Shown: piece after piece, positions 25,026 to 39,603 of the stretch | How positions within the stretch are numbered: position 1 is the first letter of the stretch | Layout: every line of letters begins with the position of its first letter | NCBI GenBank assembly: GCA_951406725.2 | Contig: OX597838.1 | Span: forward strand, 10,478,001-10,542,000 | Reading direction: 5' to 3' | DNA length: 64,000 nucleotides | DNA from: Octopus vulgaris | Lineage: Eukaryota | Made by a program: the position numbers and the translations under genes | Notes under the pieces: generated by a model | The model's database searches: none | What the model saw: the letters and a program-made list of their open reading frames with translations, nothing else | Told to the model about the DNA's origin: nothing

Positions 25026-26683
25026 TTGGCATGTGCACAAACACATATATAGCCTCAGTTACATGCACACAGATAAGCACTCATAGGTACAGAGAGAGAG
25101 AGAGAGACAGACAGAGAGAATGAGTGAGTGAGTGAGAGTGAGAGTGAAAGAGAGAGAGAAAGAGAGTGCGAGAGAAAGAGAGAGAGAGAGACTGGTGAGT
25201 ATGTACCTGTGTTTCTGTTCCAGCTCCTGAGTAGTTCGACGGACAGTGCCAACAGGATAGACAATATCCTCCATTTTGTACACCGCAGGAGAGCAACCTT
25301 CCTCTTTGTCAGCAGTTAGGTTTCCTTTGATACTCAAACTATTGAACAGTTCCTTCCCGAGGACATCGTCGCAAACACTTTGGGGCCGTTCGGCAATTCT
25401 GTGGAGTGCCCTGACGTCGGATTCATTCTCTCTTCCCATGGTGACTGCTTCACTTTCCTTGTTGACAGGAAACGTTGAAATTGTATGGGAAGATTTGAGG
25501 ACAAGGGGAGACTTTGACATCCAGATTGTCTGTGAAGAAGTAAATTCGCTTTCCGAAGACTGACAAGCTTCACTTGCTGTAAGCGATGATGATGCTGAAG
25601 TGGAAACCGTAGCAACAGGGGCCAAAGGGTCGACGGCCTCAGCGGCGACTGGAATGTCTTCATCAACAGGCTCAGTTTCACTTGGTGTTTTAGTATTGCT
25701 TTTGATACGCTCTTCCAAATTCCTCCACTGCTGACGTACAGTCCCTGGATGCCAGGGAATGGCCTCTTTTACATATGGTTCGGGGACCTCTGAAGATTGG
25801 TCGGCAGTATCTGCTTTTGCTATTTGTTGTTGTGGTGGTGCACCCTTAACGTCACTGGCCACCATCTTCAAACCTTTAGCAGACCCTCTCATACTGGATG
25901 AATTGCTATTGTTTTCACAAAGGGAAGTCCTATCGAGGTTGGGAGACCCGGAAATGTTGATATTAACACTTGTGCGAGTTAAAGGCGGAGTCTGACTCAG
26001 AAATGTGGGTGTGTTGCTAATGTCTGGTTGTTTTAAGCCCTTAATATCATCCTCTAATGTCAGATCTTTATCATCTACAGGGTCTGTAGAGGACTCCCCA
26101 ATGGAAAAAGGCTGTGAACTTATCCAGCTGTTGTCTGCTTTAAACTTAGGGATCTGAAGATTTGCATAATCATAAGTGTTTGCCCTCACGCGTACTACTC
26201 CACTCTCGTTGTTGTCACTTCTATCATCAACGCTGTCAGAAGTAAAACCATCAGAATCTCGTCGTGGTATAGGCAAGAAGTAGTCGTCTCTGTAGAAACA
26301 AGGAAGACCCATATCATCCGTATTATCAAAATTCCGTTGCATGAAGTCAAAGTCTGCAAAATGGAAAAAGTCAAAATTATTAGTTTGTCATTGAAAGAAG
26401 AGTTAAACAGACAAATTGAGACTTTCATGCAGTTTCCTTAGAAACCTTTCTATTAACCAAGAAATTATAAAATAATCGGAACCTGATGCAGTTCCCCCAG
26501 CTTCCCAGTTTTCAGTCAAACCATCCAACCCATGCCAGCATGGAAAACGGATGTTAAAGGATGATGATCCATGGTGTAGTGGTTATCACATCTGCTTAAC
26601 ACGCAGAAGGTCGCGAGTTCGAAACTCGCTGGAACCTATGTATTTTCCATCCAACCCGTGCTAGCGCGGAAAACGGACGTTAA

Positions 26684-26714
<31 letters not shown>

Positions 26715-29700
26715 CTAAGCTGGCTCTCTGTCAGTTATGATGACGAGGGTTCCAGTAGAGCCAATCAGTAGAATTGTCTGCTCATAAAAGTAATGTGTAA
26801 GTGGCTGAGTACTCCTCAGACACGCATACCATTGATGCAGTTCTCAGGGAGATTCAGCCTGACACAGAGTGTGACAAGGCTGGCCCTTTGAATTACAGGT
26901 AAAACTCACTTACACCAGCTGAGTGGACTGGAGCAACATGAAATAAAGTGTCTTGCTCAAGGACAACACAATGTGCTGCCAGGAATTGAACTCTTGGCCT
27001 TATGATTGTAAGTCAAATACCCAAATCACTAAACCACATGCCTACATACCTACATAAACTGGTACCATTTTGGTTACGACAACAAGAGTTCCACTTGATC
27101 CAATCAAGTGAAATTAGCATACAAGTGGCTGAGTAACCTTGACATAGTTCTTGGGGAGATTCAGTATGACACAGAATGTGACAAGGTCGAGCCTTTGAAT
27201 TACAGGAACTACTAATTTTTGCCAGCTGAGTAGACTGGAGCAATATAAAAACAATAGACCAAAAGAGATCTCACCATTATCATAATGGCTGCTGGCAGCA
27301 CCATTCCGAGTGTCAGCTTCTTCACTTTTAGACTTGGTGTTAAACATGTGACGCTTTTGACTGAAATGAAAAAGAAAAAAATAAATAAATGAATAAATAA
27401 AAATTTAAAAAAAGGTTAGTTTACAATCTTGTAACAATATGTTTAAACAGATAACAGTAAAGAAACAATAACAATATCAAGTATAACAAAGAGCTTGAAC
27501 TAATTACAGTCACTTAACAGCAAAGGGAACATGCTTGACTGGATTACATCTGCACAGCACCACCAAGGGCTTTTACTTAACCTTTTTGATACCAACCCGG
27601 CCAAAACCGCTTCTGGCTCTGTAGTACAAATGTCTTGTTTTCATAAGTTCTGAATTAAAATCTTCCACCAAACCTTAGTCACAATTTATGTTCCTAACAC
27701 TAGATTAATGATAACTGAGTTATTTTACTAAATTCTTTGTTATCATCATCATTTAGCGTCCGTTTTCCATGCTAGCATGGGTTGGACGGTTCAACTGGGG
27801 TCTGTGAAGCCAGAAGGCTGCATCAGGCCCAGTCAAATCTGGCAGTGTTTCTACGGCTGGATGCCCTTCCTAACGCCAACCACTCCGTGAGTGTAGTGGG
27901 TACTTTTTACGTGCCACCCGCACAGGTGCCAGACAGAGCTGGCAAACGGCTACGAACGGTTGGTGCTTTTTATGTGCCACCGGCACAAGGGCCAGGCGAG
28001 GCTGGCAATGGACACGAAACGGGGCGGTGCTGGCAACGGTCGCGAAACGGAAGGTTCTCTTACATGCCACCGGCACTGGTAACACATCTGCAATTTCCAT
28101 TGATCGATTTCGATTCTGATCCTCACTTGCCTCAACAGATCTTCACAAGTAGAGTTTTGTGTCCCAAGAAGAGAACGTATGCATACGTAGGCTGGCTCCA
28201 TCCCATGTAGAAAGCCACGGGTTACGGACTCACTTGTCCTGCCGGGTCTTCTCGCGCACTTAAAATTAAATGAATGAAACACAGAGCATCTCAAAATAAA
28301 TACGGTAACGGAAGGGTTAACGCTAAACATTTAGCAGGAGGTAAATCACAGCTGGTGAGACTACCGAAAGCCCATACGAGAGGAGGTTCTCATGGTAACA
28401 ATCACAGTATTTTGGTATTTTGTGTTCTAACGCATTCTAATGAAATAACTTTTAAAGTGATGATGAATATTACCTTTCGGAACCAATACTGCTACTAATA
28501 ATTATTTTGTGGAAAACAAAATTTATTCGATAATTGTAGTGTTTCAATGAACTTTAATAATGAGATGAGAATTTGAACAGTGTATTTACTGCTCATTTCT
28601 TTACTCCCCACAAGGGGCTAAACATAGAGGGGGACAAACAAGTACAGACACACGGATTAAGTCGATTACATCGACCCCCAGTGCCTAACTGGTACTTAAT
28701 TTATCTACCCCGAAAGGATGAAAGGCAAAGTTAACCTCGGCGGAATTTGAACTCAGAATGTAACGGTAGACGAAATACGGCTACGCATTTCGCCCGGCCG
28801 TGCTAATGTCTCTGCCAGCTCGCTGCCCTATCATCATCATTTTTATGTTTGCTTTTTCCATGCTGGCCTTTGTTGGACGAGGCTTAATGAAGCAGTATTC
28901 CACAGCAAGATGCTCTTCCTGTCACTGACCCTTATTTGTGTCTCAAGCAATAGAATTTTGATCCCACTTGTCTTCACATGAAACCAATGAAATTGCCAAG
29001 CTACAGGATGTGGCATTGTAGCATAGGTGTGAGAGGCCAGATCTGGTCAGTTTGGACATAATAGTTTGGCTTGAGGCGCAATGGCCCAGTGGTTAGGGCA
29101 GCGGACTCGCGGTCGTAGGATCGCGGTTTCGATTCCCAGACCGGGCGTTGTGAGTGTTTATTGAGCAAAACACCTAAAGCTCCACGAGGCTCCGGCAGGG
29201 GATGGTGGTGATCCCTGCTGTACTCTTTCACCACAACTTTCTCTCACTCTTACTTCCTGTTTCTGTTGTACCTGTATTTCAAAGGGCCGGCCTTGTCACT
29301 CTCTGTGTCACGCCGAATATCCCCGAGAACTACGTTAAGGGTACACGTGTCTGTGGAGTGCTCAGCCACTTGCACGTTAATTTCACCAGCAGGCTGTTCC
29401 GTTGATCGGATCAACCGGAACCCTCGTCGTCGTAACCGACGGAGTGCTTCCATCCAATAGATTGGCTAGATATGGCCAGTTTAAATGCTACGGGATGTAT
29501 TTTTCACAAGAGGGAGGGAGGGAGGTAGAGGGGGAGAGGGGAAGGTGAGAAGGAGGGAGGGAGGAGGAGGGGAGAGACGGAGAGGAGAGAGAAACATTAA
29601 GACATCTGATGCCAAACGAATCAGCACTGGACCAGTGATGCCAAACAAGCGGTGCCAGAATGGCTGAGGCCAAACGTCAGACAACCCGGAAAGATCGGAA

Positions 29701-32261
29701 AGAGAAGCCCTGACTTACCTTGCAGTGAGGATTCCATGATATTCCTTCAGCTGAGCTATAAAAGCTTTGTTTGGTTTGATAACTCCTCTCTTTTCTTTCA
29801 CGAAATCAAAGGCTTCCTTAAATGTACAGCAATCCTCTTTCATTTTGTAGGCAATGACCTGTTGTGAGAAGCAGAATCTTGTGATGCAATTGAGAGACTA
29901 ACAGCAGGAAGGGTGCAGCTGGTGTCGGTGTCTGGCATTTTGTGCAGAGACCAGCACCGGCGCAACTGCATCTGTAAAATACACTGAATCAGTGAGCAGC
30001 TGGCAGAATTGTTGGCAGGCTGGGCTTTGCCTTTCATCCTTTCAGTGTTGATAAAATATATACCAGTTGAGAAATTTGGGGGAACGTAATCGACTGGCCC
30101 CTTCCTCGAAAATTGCTGGCTTTGTGCCAAAACCTGAAATCAATATTTCTAATAATAATATTGATGGAGAACCGAGTGAAGCATTTATAGCTTGAATCAT
30201 TCCAGTTATTGATTCACAATGAACAGCTTCCCAGGAGAAGTATTATCTAATTAAAAAGTGTTTCTTTAATTACCAGCTTAAAATATTAGTTTCAGATTTT
30301 GGCACAAGGACAGCAATTTCAGGGGTAGGGGAAAGTCAATAACCTGCACCCACCCCATACTCAACTGGTACTTATTTCATTGATGAAGGGCAAAGTTGAC
30401 CTCAGCAGAACCTGAACTTGGAAGAAGGTAAAGACGGACAAAATGCCGCTAAGCATTCTGTCCCATTTGCCACCTTAGTAATGGAAATAGGTTTAGCACT
30501 GTCGCTGTAGCAAGACTGAACACGGATACTGGATGTTCAATGCTGCCATCTGCCTATGTCTATAGCGACAAGATCATCCAGACACCAACAGCAGCTCAAA
30601 ACATTACCACAAACGTTTGCCTGTAGAAGGATGAACTCTGCCAGATTGATTCATGCCAGATACATCTTAGAGTGTTACCCTTATGAGGCAAGGCATTAAA
30701 GGACTCTTCTGAGTGATTGCATGGGTCCCTAGTTAAGCTAAGAGAATTGTGCAAGTGGTTGTGCAAGTGTGACTATGTGGTAAGAAGCTTGCTTCCCAAC
30801 CACATGGTTCCAGGTTCAAGTCCCACTGCATGGCACATTGGGCAAGTATCTTCTACTGTAGCCTTGGATTGACCAAAGCCTTGTGAGTGGATCTGAGAGA
30901 TGGAAACTGAAAGAAGCCCATTATATACATGTGTGTGTGTGTGTGTGTGTGTGTTTGAGTCTGTGTTTATCCCCCACCAATGCTTGACAACCAGTGTTGG
31001 TGTGTTTATGTTTCCATAACTTAGCAGTTCGGCAAAAGAGTCTGACAGAAAAAGTACCAGGCTTAAAAAAACAACAAAAAAAAAACCAACAAACAAGTAC
31101 CGAGGTCAATTTATTTGACTAAAATTTCTTGAAGGCAATGCTCCAGCAAGGCCACAGTCTAATGAACTGAAACAAGAAGTAAAAGATGTTTGTTGAAAGA
31201 CTTTTACTTACAGTCGAAGCAGATCGGCTGATGCCCATCTTACAGTGAACAAGAACTTTACCATTGTCTTCCCTGGAAAAAAAGTAAAAAAAACGTGTAT
31301 ATAATAATCGTTTCTACAAGCCTGAAATTTGGGGGAAGGGGACTGGTCAATCATATTGATCCCAGTGTTTCATTGATACTTAATTTATTGACCCCGAAAG
31401 GACGAAAGGCAAAGTCAACCTTGGCAGAATTTGAACTCAGAACATAGCAGCAGGTGAAATACATCATCATCATCATCATCGTTTAGCGTCCGTTCTCCAT
31501 GCTAGCATGGGTTGGACGGTTCAACTGGGGTCTGTGAAGCCCGAAGGCTGCACCAGGCCCAGTCTGATCTGGCAGTGTTTCTACGGCTGGATGCCCTTCC
31601 TAACGATAACCACTCCGCGAGTGTAGTGGGTGCTTTTTACGTGCCACCCACCGACAAGAAGCATCAGGAAGCTGCAACAACAAGCACTTGAACGGAGCAT
31701 CTTCAACACAAAACTAATGATTCTACCAGCTCACTACCTTAAGCGTATATGTAATAATAATAACGATTCCTCACACAGATACATACCTGCAAATACAGAG
31801 AGCAATGAGTTATACTCAATTAAATATAAACCAAACTGTGGAAAATATTTTATCACACTGAGAAATTAGTTTCAAATTTCTGCCTTGAAACAAATATTGG
31901 TTTCAAATATTGATACAAGGCCAGCAATTTTAGGGAAGGGTAAATCGATTTCATTCACCCCAGTGTTCAACTGGTACTTATTTCATTCACCTTGAAAGGA
32001 TGAAAGGTAAAGTCGACCTTGGTGGAATTTGAACTCGGATCATAAAGACAGACAAAATGCTGCTAAGCAGTTTGTCAAGCATGTTAACAATTCTGCCAGC
32101 TTGCCGCCTTGGCTGTGTGGTAAGTAGCTTGCTAACCAACCACATGGTTCCGGGTTCAGTCCCACTGTGCGGCTCCTTGGGCAAGTGTCTTTTACCATAG
32201 CCCCGGACCGACCAATGCCTTGTGAGTGGATTTGGTAGACGGAAACTGAAAGAAGCCTGTC

Positions 32262-32298
<37 letters not shown>

Positions 32299-35200
32299 TG
32301 TGTGTGTATGTGTTTGTGTGTCTGTGTTTGTCCCCCAAGCATTGCTTGACAACCGATGCTGGTGTGTTTATGTCCCCGTTACTTAGCAGTTCGGCAAAAG
32401 AAACCGATAGAATAAGTACTGGGCTTTCAAAAGAATAAGTCCCGGGGTCGAGTTGCTCGATTAAAAAAGGCGGTGCTCCAGCATGGCCGCAGTCAAATGA
32501 CTGAAACAAGTAAAAGAGTAAAAAGAGTAAAGAGTAATAATAAGGAAGAAAGGCTAGGTCTCAATGGTCTTGTGGGTAAAGTCATGGACACAACAACACA
32601 TGAACCTAAAGGCGGTGCTCCAGCATGGCCACAGTCAAATGACTGAAACAAGTAAAAGAGTAAACAAGGCAAATGGACTTACTTTGTTTTCCTGATGAAT
32701 TCATGAGTTCGCTTCCAGTGTTTCATGAGGTCTGTGAATTCGTTATCAAACTCTCGCACGTTCATATATTCAAATTTCTCAGGGAAGAAATTGTCTATTT
32801 CTCGAGAGATGTTGAGAATACTTGTAACACTGAAAAAGAGACAAACAAACATGAAAATATGTTTTTTTTTAAAATGAAAATAAATTTTTTTGTCAAGTGA
32901 GGGTGTTAACCCTTTAGTGTTCAGATTATTCAACCAAACATAATGCTTGTTGATTCACATTGATTTCAATTAATCATGCATTATCTCATATCTTCAAGAT
33001 CTTGATGGTGTAATTACTTAATGTAGAATAACATTGTAGGGTAGGTGTGAGAGCCTGGATCTGGTCAGTTTGAACATAAAACAGATTAAATATTTTGGCC
33101 GGATATGGCCGGTTTAAATACTAAAGGGTTAAATAGTTAGATTGCTTGTCACCCTAAACCTGCTCCGATTTAACAAAGAGGAGGTTTCTAACTTTGAAAG
33201 GTTGACTAGAAACAGGAAAATTTGAATATTTGAAAATTGCGGATTTTTGTCAGTGAACAGGTCGCGGATTTTAGCGACGAAAATATTTTGACAAATTAAA
33301 CTTAAATGTTGAAGTGAATCGAACAGCTTTTGTGTGTTTCTTAAATGGCTTACAAACACCTTCCACGCTGCAATTGTTTTCGTTCCAGCACACGATCTCA
33401 GATCAAATCACTTGCTATGCGAGTACATCTCCGAATATTTCTTTGAAACTTAGTTTAAGTTTAAGTACAAAAAAAAAAAAGAAAAAGGAAAAAAAAATGA
33501 TATGATGATGGTCATTGTCACCTTGAAACAACATAAATATATCACAAGCTGATGGCTCTTCTATGTGGTTGCTCGATCTGCTAGAAATAATTACCAAACA
33601 TTGTCCTCTCTAGCCCAGCAGATGTTTACTGGCAACAATTTTAGTGGAACATTAACAACCTTAAGTTCACTGACCTTGGAGGATTTGCTGAGGTCATGGT
33701 CATTCCCTTTCCCCCAGATTCAGAAAGTTAAATAAAAAAAAAAATAACAGCACAGGCATGGCTATGTGGTTGAGAAGCTTACTTCCCATGCATGTCGGCT
33801 TGGGTTCAGTCCCACTGCATGGTACCTCAGGCAAGGGTCTTCTATTATAGCCTTGGACCAACAAAAACCCTTGTGAGTGGATTTGGTAGATGGAAACTAG
33901 AAGAAGCCTGTTGCATGTGTGCATCGATGTGAGTGTACCCATGTCTCAGCCTCATCATCATTTAACATCCACTTTCCATGCTGGCATGGGTTGGGATGGT
34001 TTGACATGGAGCTGACCAGCTGGAAGCTGTCCAGACCCCAACTGTCTGTTGAGGCACGGTTTCTACGGCTGGATGCCTTTCCTATTACCAACCATCTAAC
34101 AGAGTGTGCAGAGTGCTTTTTATGCGCATGAATGCATTTATAGAGCACTGGCATGGGTGCTTTTTAATAGGACAGGCCTGTATGTGTGGAAGACAACGAT
34201 TTTACCTAGCTTGGTGCATCTTATCAAGTTCAGCAAATTGCCACATCTCCTAGTCTCTTGTCATTTGATGATTGTAATTGAGCATCACCCTCTCAAACAC
34301 ATGGGGCTGTTCATTTCCAGTCTTCCCCGAAAAACATGTCTGGTTATGGGGAGATAATAACTTGCTTGGAAACAAGTAAGGGTTTACAGACAGGAAAGGC
34401 AACCATAGAAAATCTGCCTCAACCAATTTCACCTAAATGAAGCAAGCATGGAAAAGTGGATGTTAAATGATGATGATGATGACGATTAATAAGTGTTGGC
34501 AAATCACTAAAATAATGAGGATTCAGCCACAAAAAAAAAAGAGAGAAAAGAAAAGAAAAACCCCTAAAACTCACCCATTTTCCTCTAATTCCTCATAGTT
34601 GGATGCATTCCACTCAGAGCCAAGATAAAGAAATGGGAATATTTCTGTTGGTGCATCCATCTGACGGAGGATGCGGATTGTTTCTGCATCGATAAAACTT
34701 TTGTACTCTTTTAATGATCTATTGAATGACTCCTCCAGCATATTACGGAGCTGAAACAAACAAGTTAATTATTTAATAATAAAACAAATTAATAATAAAT
34801 AAAATTGTGTAAAAGAAAAAAAATTTTTTTTTTGTTTTTGGTCAGTAAATGTTATTTCCTATTTGCTTCTATCTAGAAATCAAAGGAAATGACTACTTTC
34901 CCCTTCAAACTTTGCTTTTGTCACCTGGACATCAATGTTTCGAAGCTGACCAATTTTCCATTACATTTCAAACAGATTCAGCTCTGAGTTGCTGAAGCAG
35001 AAATATCGTTATAGCAAATGTTCTGCTCAATACCACAGATCTGCAGGGCAGTTGCTGGACCTTAACCACTTGAGCATGCCCTTTAGTGGCTGACAATATG
35101 TGCGTCTCTGATGATGAGCAGGAATAGTGGGGCAACATCATAGCCATGCAGTGAGAGGGACTCGTTGGGGTTTGAATAAATGTAACAAAATCAAAGTTTG

Positions 35201-36271
35201 AAAGAAATATTAGCCATTTTTCTATACTTTCTAGGGGTCAGAAAATAGGAAATAACAGTTGCTACCCATGGACAAAAATCATGTTGCACATCATCATCAT
35301 TGTTTAACGTCCGCTTTCCATGCTAGCATGGGTGGGACGGTTCGACCGGGGATCTGGGAAGCCAGGAGGCTGCACCAGGCTCCGGTCTTATCTGGCAGTG
35401 TTTCTACAGCTGGATGCCCTTCCTAACGCCAACCACTCCGAGAGTGTAGTGGGTGCTTTTTACATGCCACTTGCACTGGAGCCAGGCGAGGCTGGCATCG
35501 GCCACGGTCGGATTGGTGCATTTTATGTGCCACCTGCACGGAAGCCAGTCGAGGCAGCACTGGCTTCAGCCACGATTCGGATGGTGCTTTTTACGTGCCG
35601 TAATCATCATTATTTCTGGATTCTTCATTTTAACAGAGATTTCACTGCAATTTCTTTAGGTTTGTGTTTGTCCCGCATTACAGTTTGACAATTGGTGTTG
35701 GTGTGTTTATAGCGCTATAACTTAGCAGTTTGGCAAAAGAGACCAATAGAATAAGTACCCGGCTTTAAAAAAAATACTGGGCCAATTTATTTTGGTGTGG
35801 ACCCCCAAAATTTTATATGGACCCCAATTGAGGACCACTGAGCTAAACAAACACCACCACCTTTACTTGTTTCAGTCATTTGACTGCAGCCATGCTGGAG
35901 CACCGCCTTTAGTCGAGCAAATTGACCCCAGGACTTATTCTTTGTAAGCCCAGTACTTATTCTATCGGTCTCTTTTGCCGAACCGCTAAGTGATGGGGAC
36001 GTAAACACACCAGCATCGGTTGTCAGGCAATGCTAGGGGGACAAACACAGTCACAGACACACACATATATATATATATATATATACATATATACGATGGG
36101 CTTCTTTCAGTCTCCTTCTACCAAATCCACTCACAAGGCATTGGTCGACCCGGGGCTATAGCAGAAGACACTTGCCCAAGATGCCACGCAGTGGGACTGA
36201 ACCCGGAACCATGTGGTTGGTAAACAAGCTACTTACCACACAGCCACATAATTATTTCACAGGTTTTCTTC

Positions 36272-36319
<48 letters not shown>

Positions 36320-38991
36320 GCAGTCCCTAATTTGTGCACAGACTTTCAAATCTGGGTCTTACCTCTTTACAGGTTGTCTCTTCTAGATCCTTTGACATCA
36401 TTATTTCTTTCAACTTGACACTGATTTTGGTCTTCATGCCCTCTGGGTCAAGTCTACAACAGAAAGGAATGACAGGCATTTTGATTGATAGATTGAACAA
36501 CGATGGAGATGTGGATTCTACAAGCAGCGGACAGTTCCAGTTCAACAAAATATTTGAGTTTGTTTGTAAAAGGCTTAAATTAAATTTGTTCATCTGTCAT
36601 AATAATAATAATAATAATAATTGTGTACAGTGCTCAGGTGCACTACAACTCATCTAAAGTGTATATATAATCAGGTGTAGTTTCGGCGGATTTCGGAAAG
36701 CATGAGGGCCTTAAAGGATGCAGTGTAATGGCAGTCAACAACTGACGCAGGCAGTTTATTCCATGCTTCAGCAACTCTGAGCGTGAAAAAATGTTTCCGA
36801 AAGTCATGGGAGCTGTGCTGTTTTCTGACTTTGTAGGCATGTCCACATGTGTTAGACACATGGAGATCAAAAAGGTGAAGCATTCATTCAATTATGTTTG
36901 TATACAACAACAATAATGAAATGAATCTGAGAAAAAAAAAAAAAAATTTGATCTTGAGTTGAAGGTGAAGTAACACAGATACGTGACCCTGAAGACTGAA
37001 CAGTTGAATGTTCAGAAACTAAACCAACTTTTCTTATCCGACTCAGTTTACTCTTATTCTTTTACTCTTTTACTTGTTTCAGTCATTTGACTGCGGCCAT
37101 GCTGGAGCACCGCCTTTAATCGAGCAACTCGACCCTGGGACTTATTCTTTGTAAGCCCAGTACTTATTCTATCGGTCTCTTTTGCCAAACTGCTAAGTGA
37201 CGGGGGCGTAAACACACCAGCATCGGTTGTCAAGTAATGCTAGAGGGACAAACACAGACACACAAACACACACGCACATACATATATATATATACATATA
37301 TACGACGGGCTTCTTTCAGTTTCCGTCTACCAAATCCACTCACAAGGCATTGGTCGGCCCGGGGCTATAGTAGAAGACACTTGCCCAAGGTGCCACGCAG
37401 TGGGACTGAACCCGGAACCATGTGGTTGGTAAGCAAGCTACTTACTACACAGCCACTCCTGCGCTTATCTTTACTGAGCAAAGAAGAGGATTAAAAATAA
37501 AACCCATCAAAGGGAAGAAGAACTCACTAAGAAGTCATGGCCACCAGGTTAGCTAGCGATTGAAACAAGAACATTGCCACAAAGCTGCATCATAGTGGTG
37601 TCAGACGTGGCATGCAGGCCACCACGTAACTTGTTTGACATGCACACTGCAGTTTTATTCTTCTCTTCTGTTTTATGAATCCAGTGTGCGCATGCACGTT
37701 GTGCGTTCATCCTTCTCTTTCAGGTTCCTACTCAAACCTGTTTACAGATCACAACCGTCTCATCAACCTGCGGTTGTGAAGGGTGCTTCGTGCTCCGATG
37801 GTTATAAAAAGATACACATTGTTGTGTATCTACAGCCTCCTTAGACTATGGCTTAAAGAACATAACACATCATCATCATCACTCAGCATCCACTTTCCAT
37901 GCTGGCATGGGTTGGATGGTATAAGCAGAGCTGGCAAGCAGAAGGGCTGCACCCGATTCCAGTCTGATTTGGCTTGGTTTCTTCAGTGGATGCCCTCCCT
38001 AATGCCAGCTACTTTGCTGGGTGCTTTTTACGTGGCACTAATATTACTGATATATATATCAGTTATGTAACACAGCTAATTTGCTGTGGTAATGAACCAA
38101 GACAAACAGATATGTTAACAGAACTATATTTTAAATTTGCACTATTTATTAGCAGTGCTACCAGGAATATGAAACAAGAACATTTGGTTCCTCTTGGCTG
38201 AGAGTTTGATTTGATTCTGGCCAGTTCCTATGAGATCATCATTTAACATCCATTTTCTATGCTGGCATGTGTTGGACAGCTTGACAGGAATTGGCAAGGC
38301 CAGGGGCTGCACCAGGTTCCATAGTCTTTCAAACAGCTGGATGCCCTTCCTAAACACCAACCACATTACAGAGTGTACTGAGAGTTTACTGCCATGAGTA
38401 ACAGTTGTAGCAATATTGTAATGGAATGTCTTGCTGGGCTACTGGAGAGGATTCAGCTTTCCACACAGGTTCAATACGGAAGCAAATTGGGAAACTGAGC
38501 AAGGACCTATCATATAGCTGGCTTCATATGTTCAGTTGTGCATACTTCAAGATATTGGTTTATAATATACAGCTACCCAACTACCACAGTTGTGTGTGAG
38601 ATCTTAAGTAGTTTACTGGAAAGGTATGAATCTACAGATATAAAGCAATAACAGATGTTACTAGATATGAAATGACAGAAGTCAGAGAATCATCATCGTC
38701 ATCATCATTGTTTAACGTCCACTTTCCATGCTAGCATGGGTTGGAGGATTTGACTGAGGACTGGCAAAGCAGATGGCTGCACCAGACTCCAATCTTGATC
38801 TGGCAGAGTTTCTACAGCTGGATGCCCTTCCTAATGCCAACCACTCCGAGAGTGTAGTAGCAATGATGAACAGCATGAAACCGATTTTCTAAGCTTAATG
38901 GGTTCTCACCAGGTGGTGTTTTACATCAAGTGACCGAATAACTGACAAAAAGCTCAGAACAGGATGGAGAGATGAGAAAGACAAGCAGACA

Positions 38992-39023
<32 letters not shown>

Positions 39024-39571
39024 CAAAAATGGCAAAATGTGTGTGTGTGTGTGTCCTTTATACAAATCCACAATTTTTCAGTTAGAGTGCTCGCACTTTC
39101 TATGGTCATTCAAAACTGTCCAAGGGTGGTTGTGCACATCTTTACATTACCCCAGTCACCCTGCAAAGCCATTAAAAAATCAATAGAAGTGACTTTTTAG
39201 TGAATTTTCTATCCAAAACTTGATACACCAATTGAATGCCAGCTAGCTGTATGTGATTGGCCGGAGATTTGGACAGTACTCGCGTATATGTGTGCACACA
39301 CGCAGCTGTATATACATGTACTAGTACTATGACCCGGCAACGCTGGGTCATAGTGCTAGTATAGCATAATATGCTGGAAGACAGAATAGAGCAGAGCAAG
39401 GTGGAGAGATGGAAATGACGAAACTGAAAGCAAGAAGTAACTTACTCCGGCTTCTCTGTTGAATAAGGTGAGTCAGCTGCAAAGGATTCAATGTCATCCA
39501 TTTTGTTCCTGAAGGAGAAAACGGAAGAACTTTATGACAACCAAGTGATAAACAGGTCACCAAAAATCCCC

Positions 39572-39603
<32 letters not shown>

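Noticed and set aside
29074-29150. tRNA gene at the SINE head
   Set aside because: A/B boxes are present but there is no proper cloverleaf, and it is continuous with a SINE body bounded by a TSD.
29595-29712. GCCAAAC-containing intronic stretch partly complementary to exon 29719-29858 (possible editing complementary sequence)
   Set aside because: Only short matches of about 10 nt; cannot be told from chance without folding and editing data.
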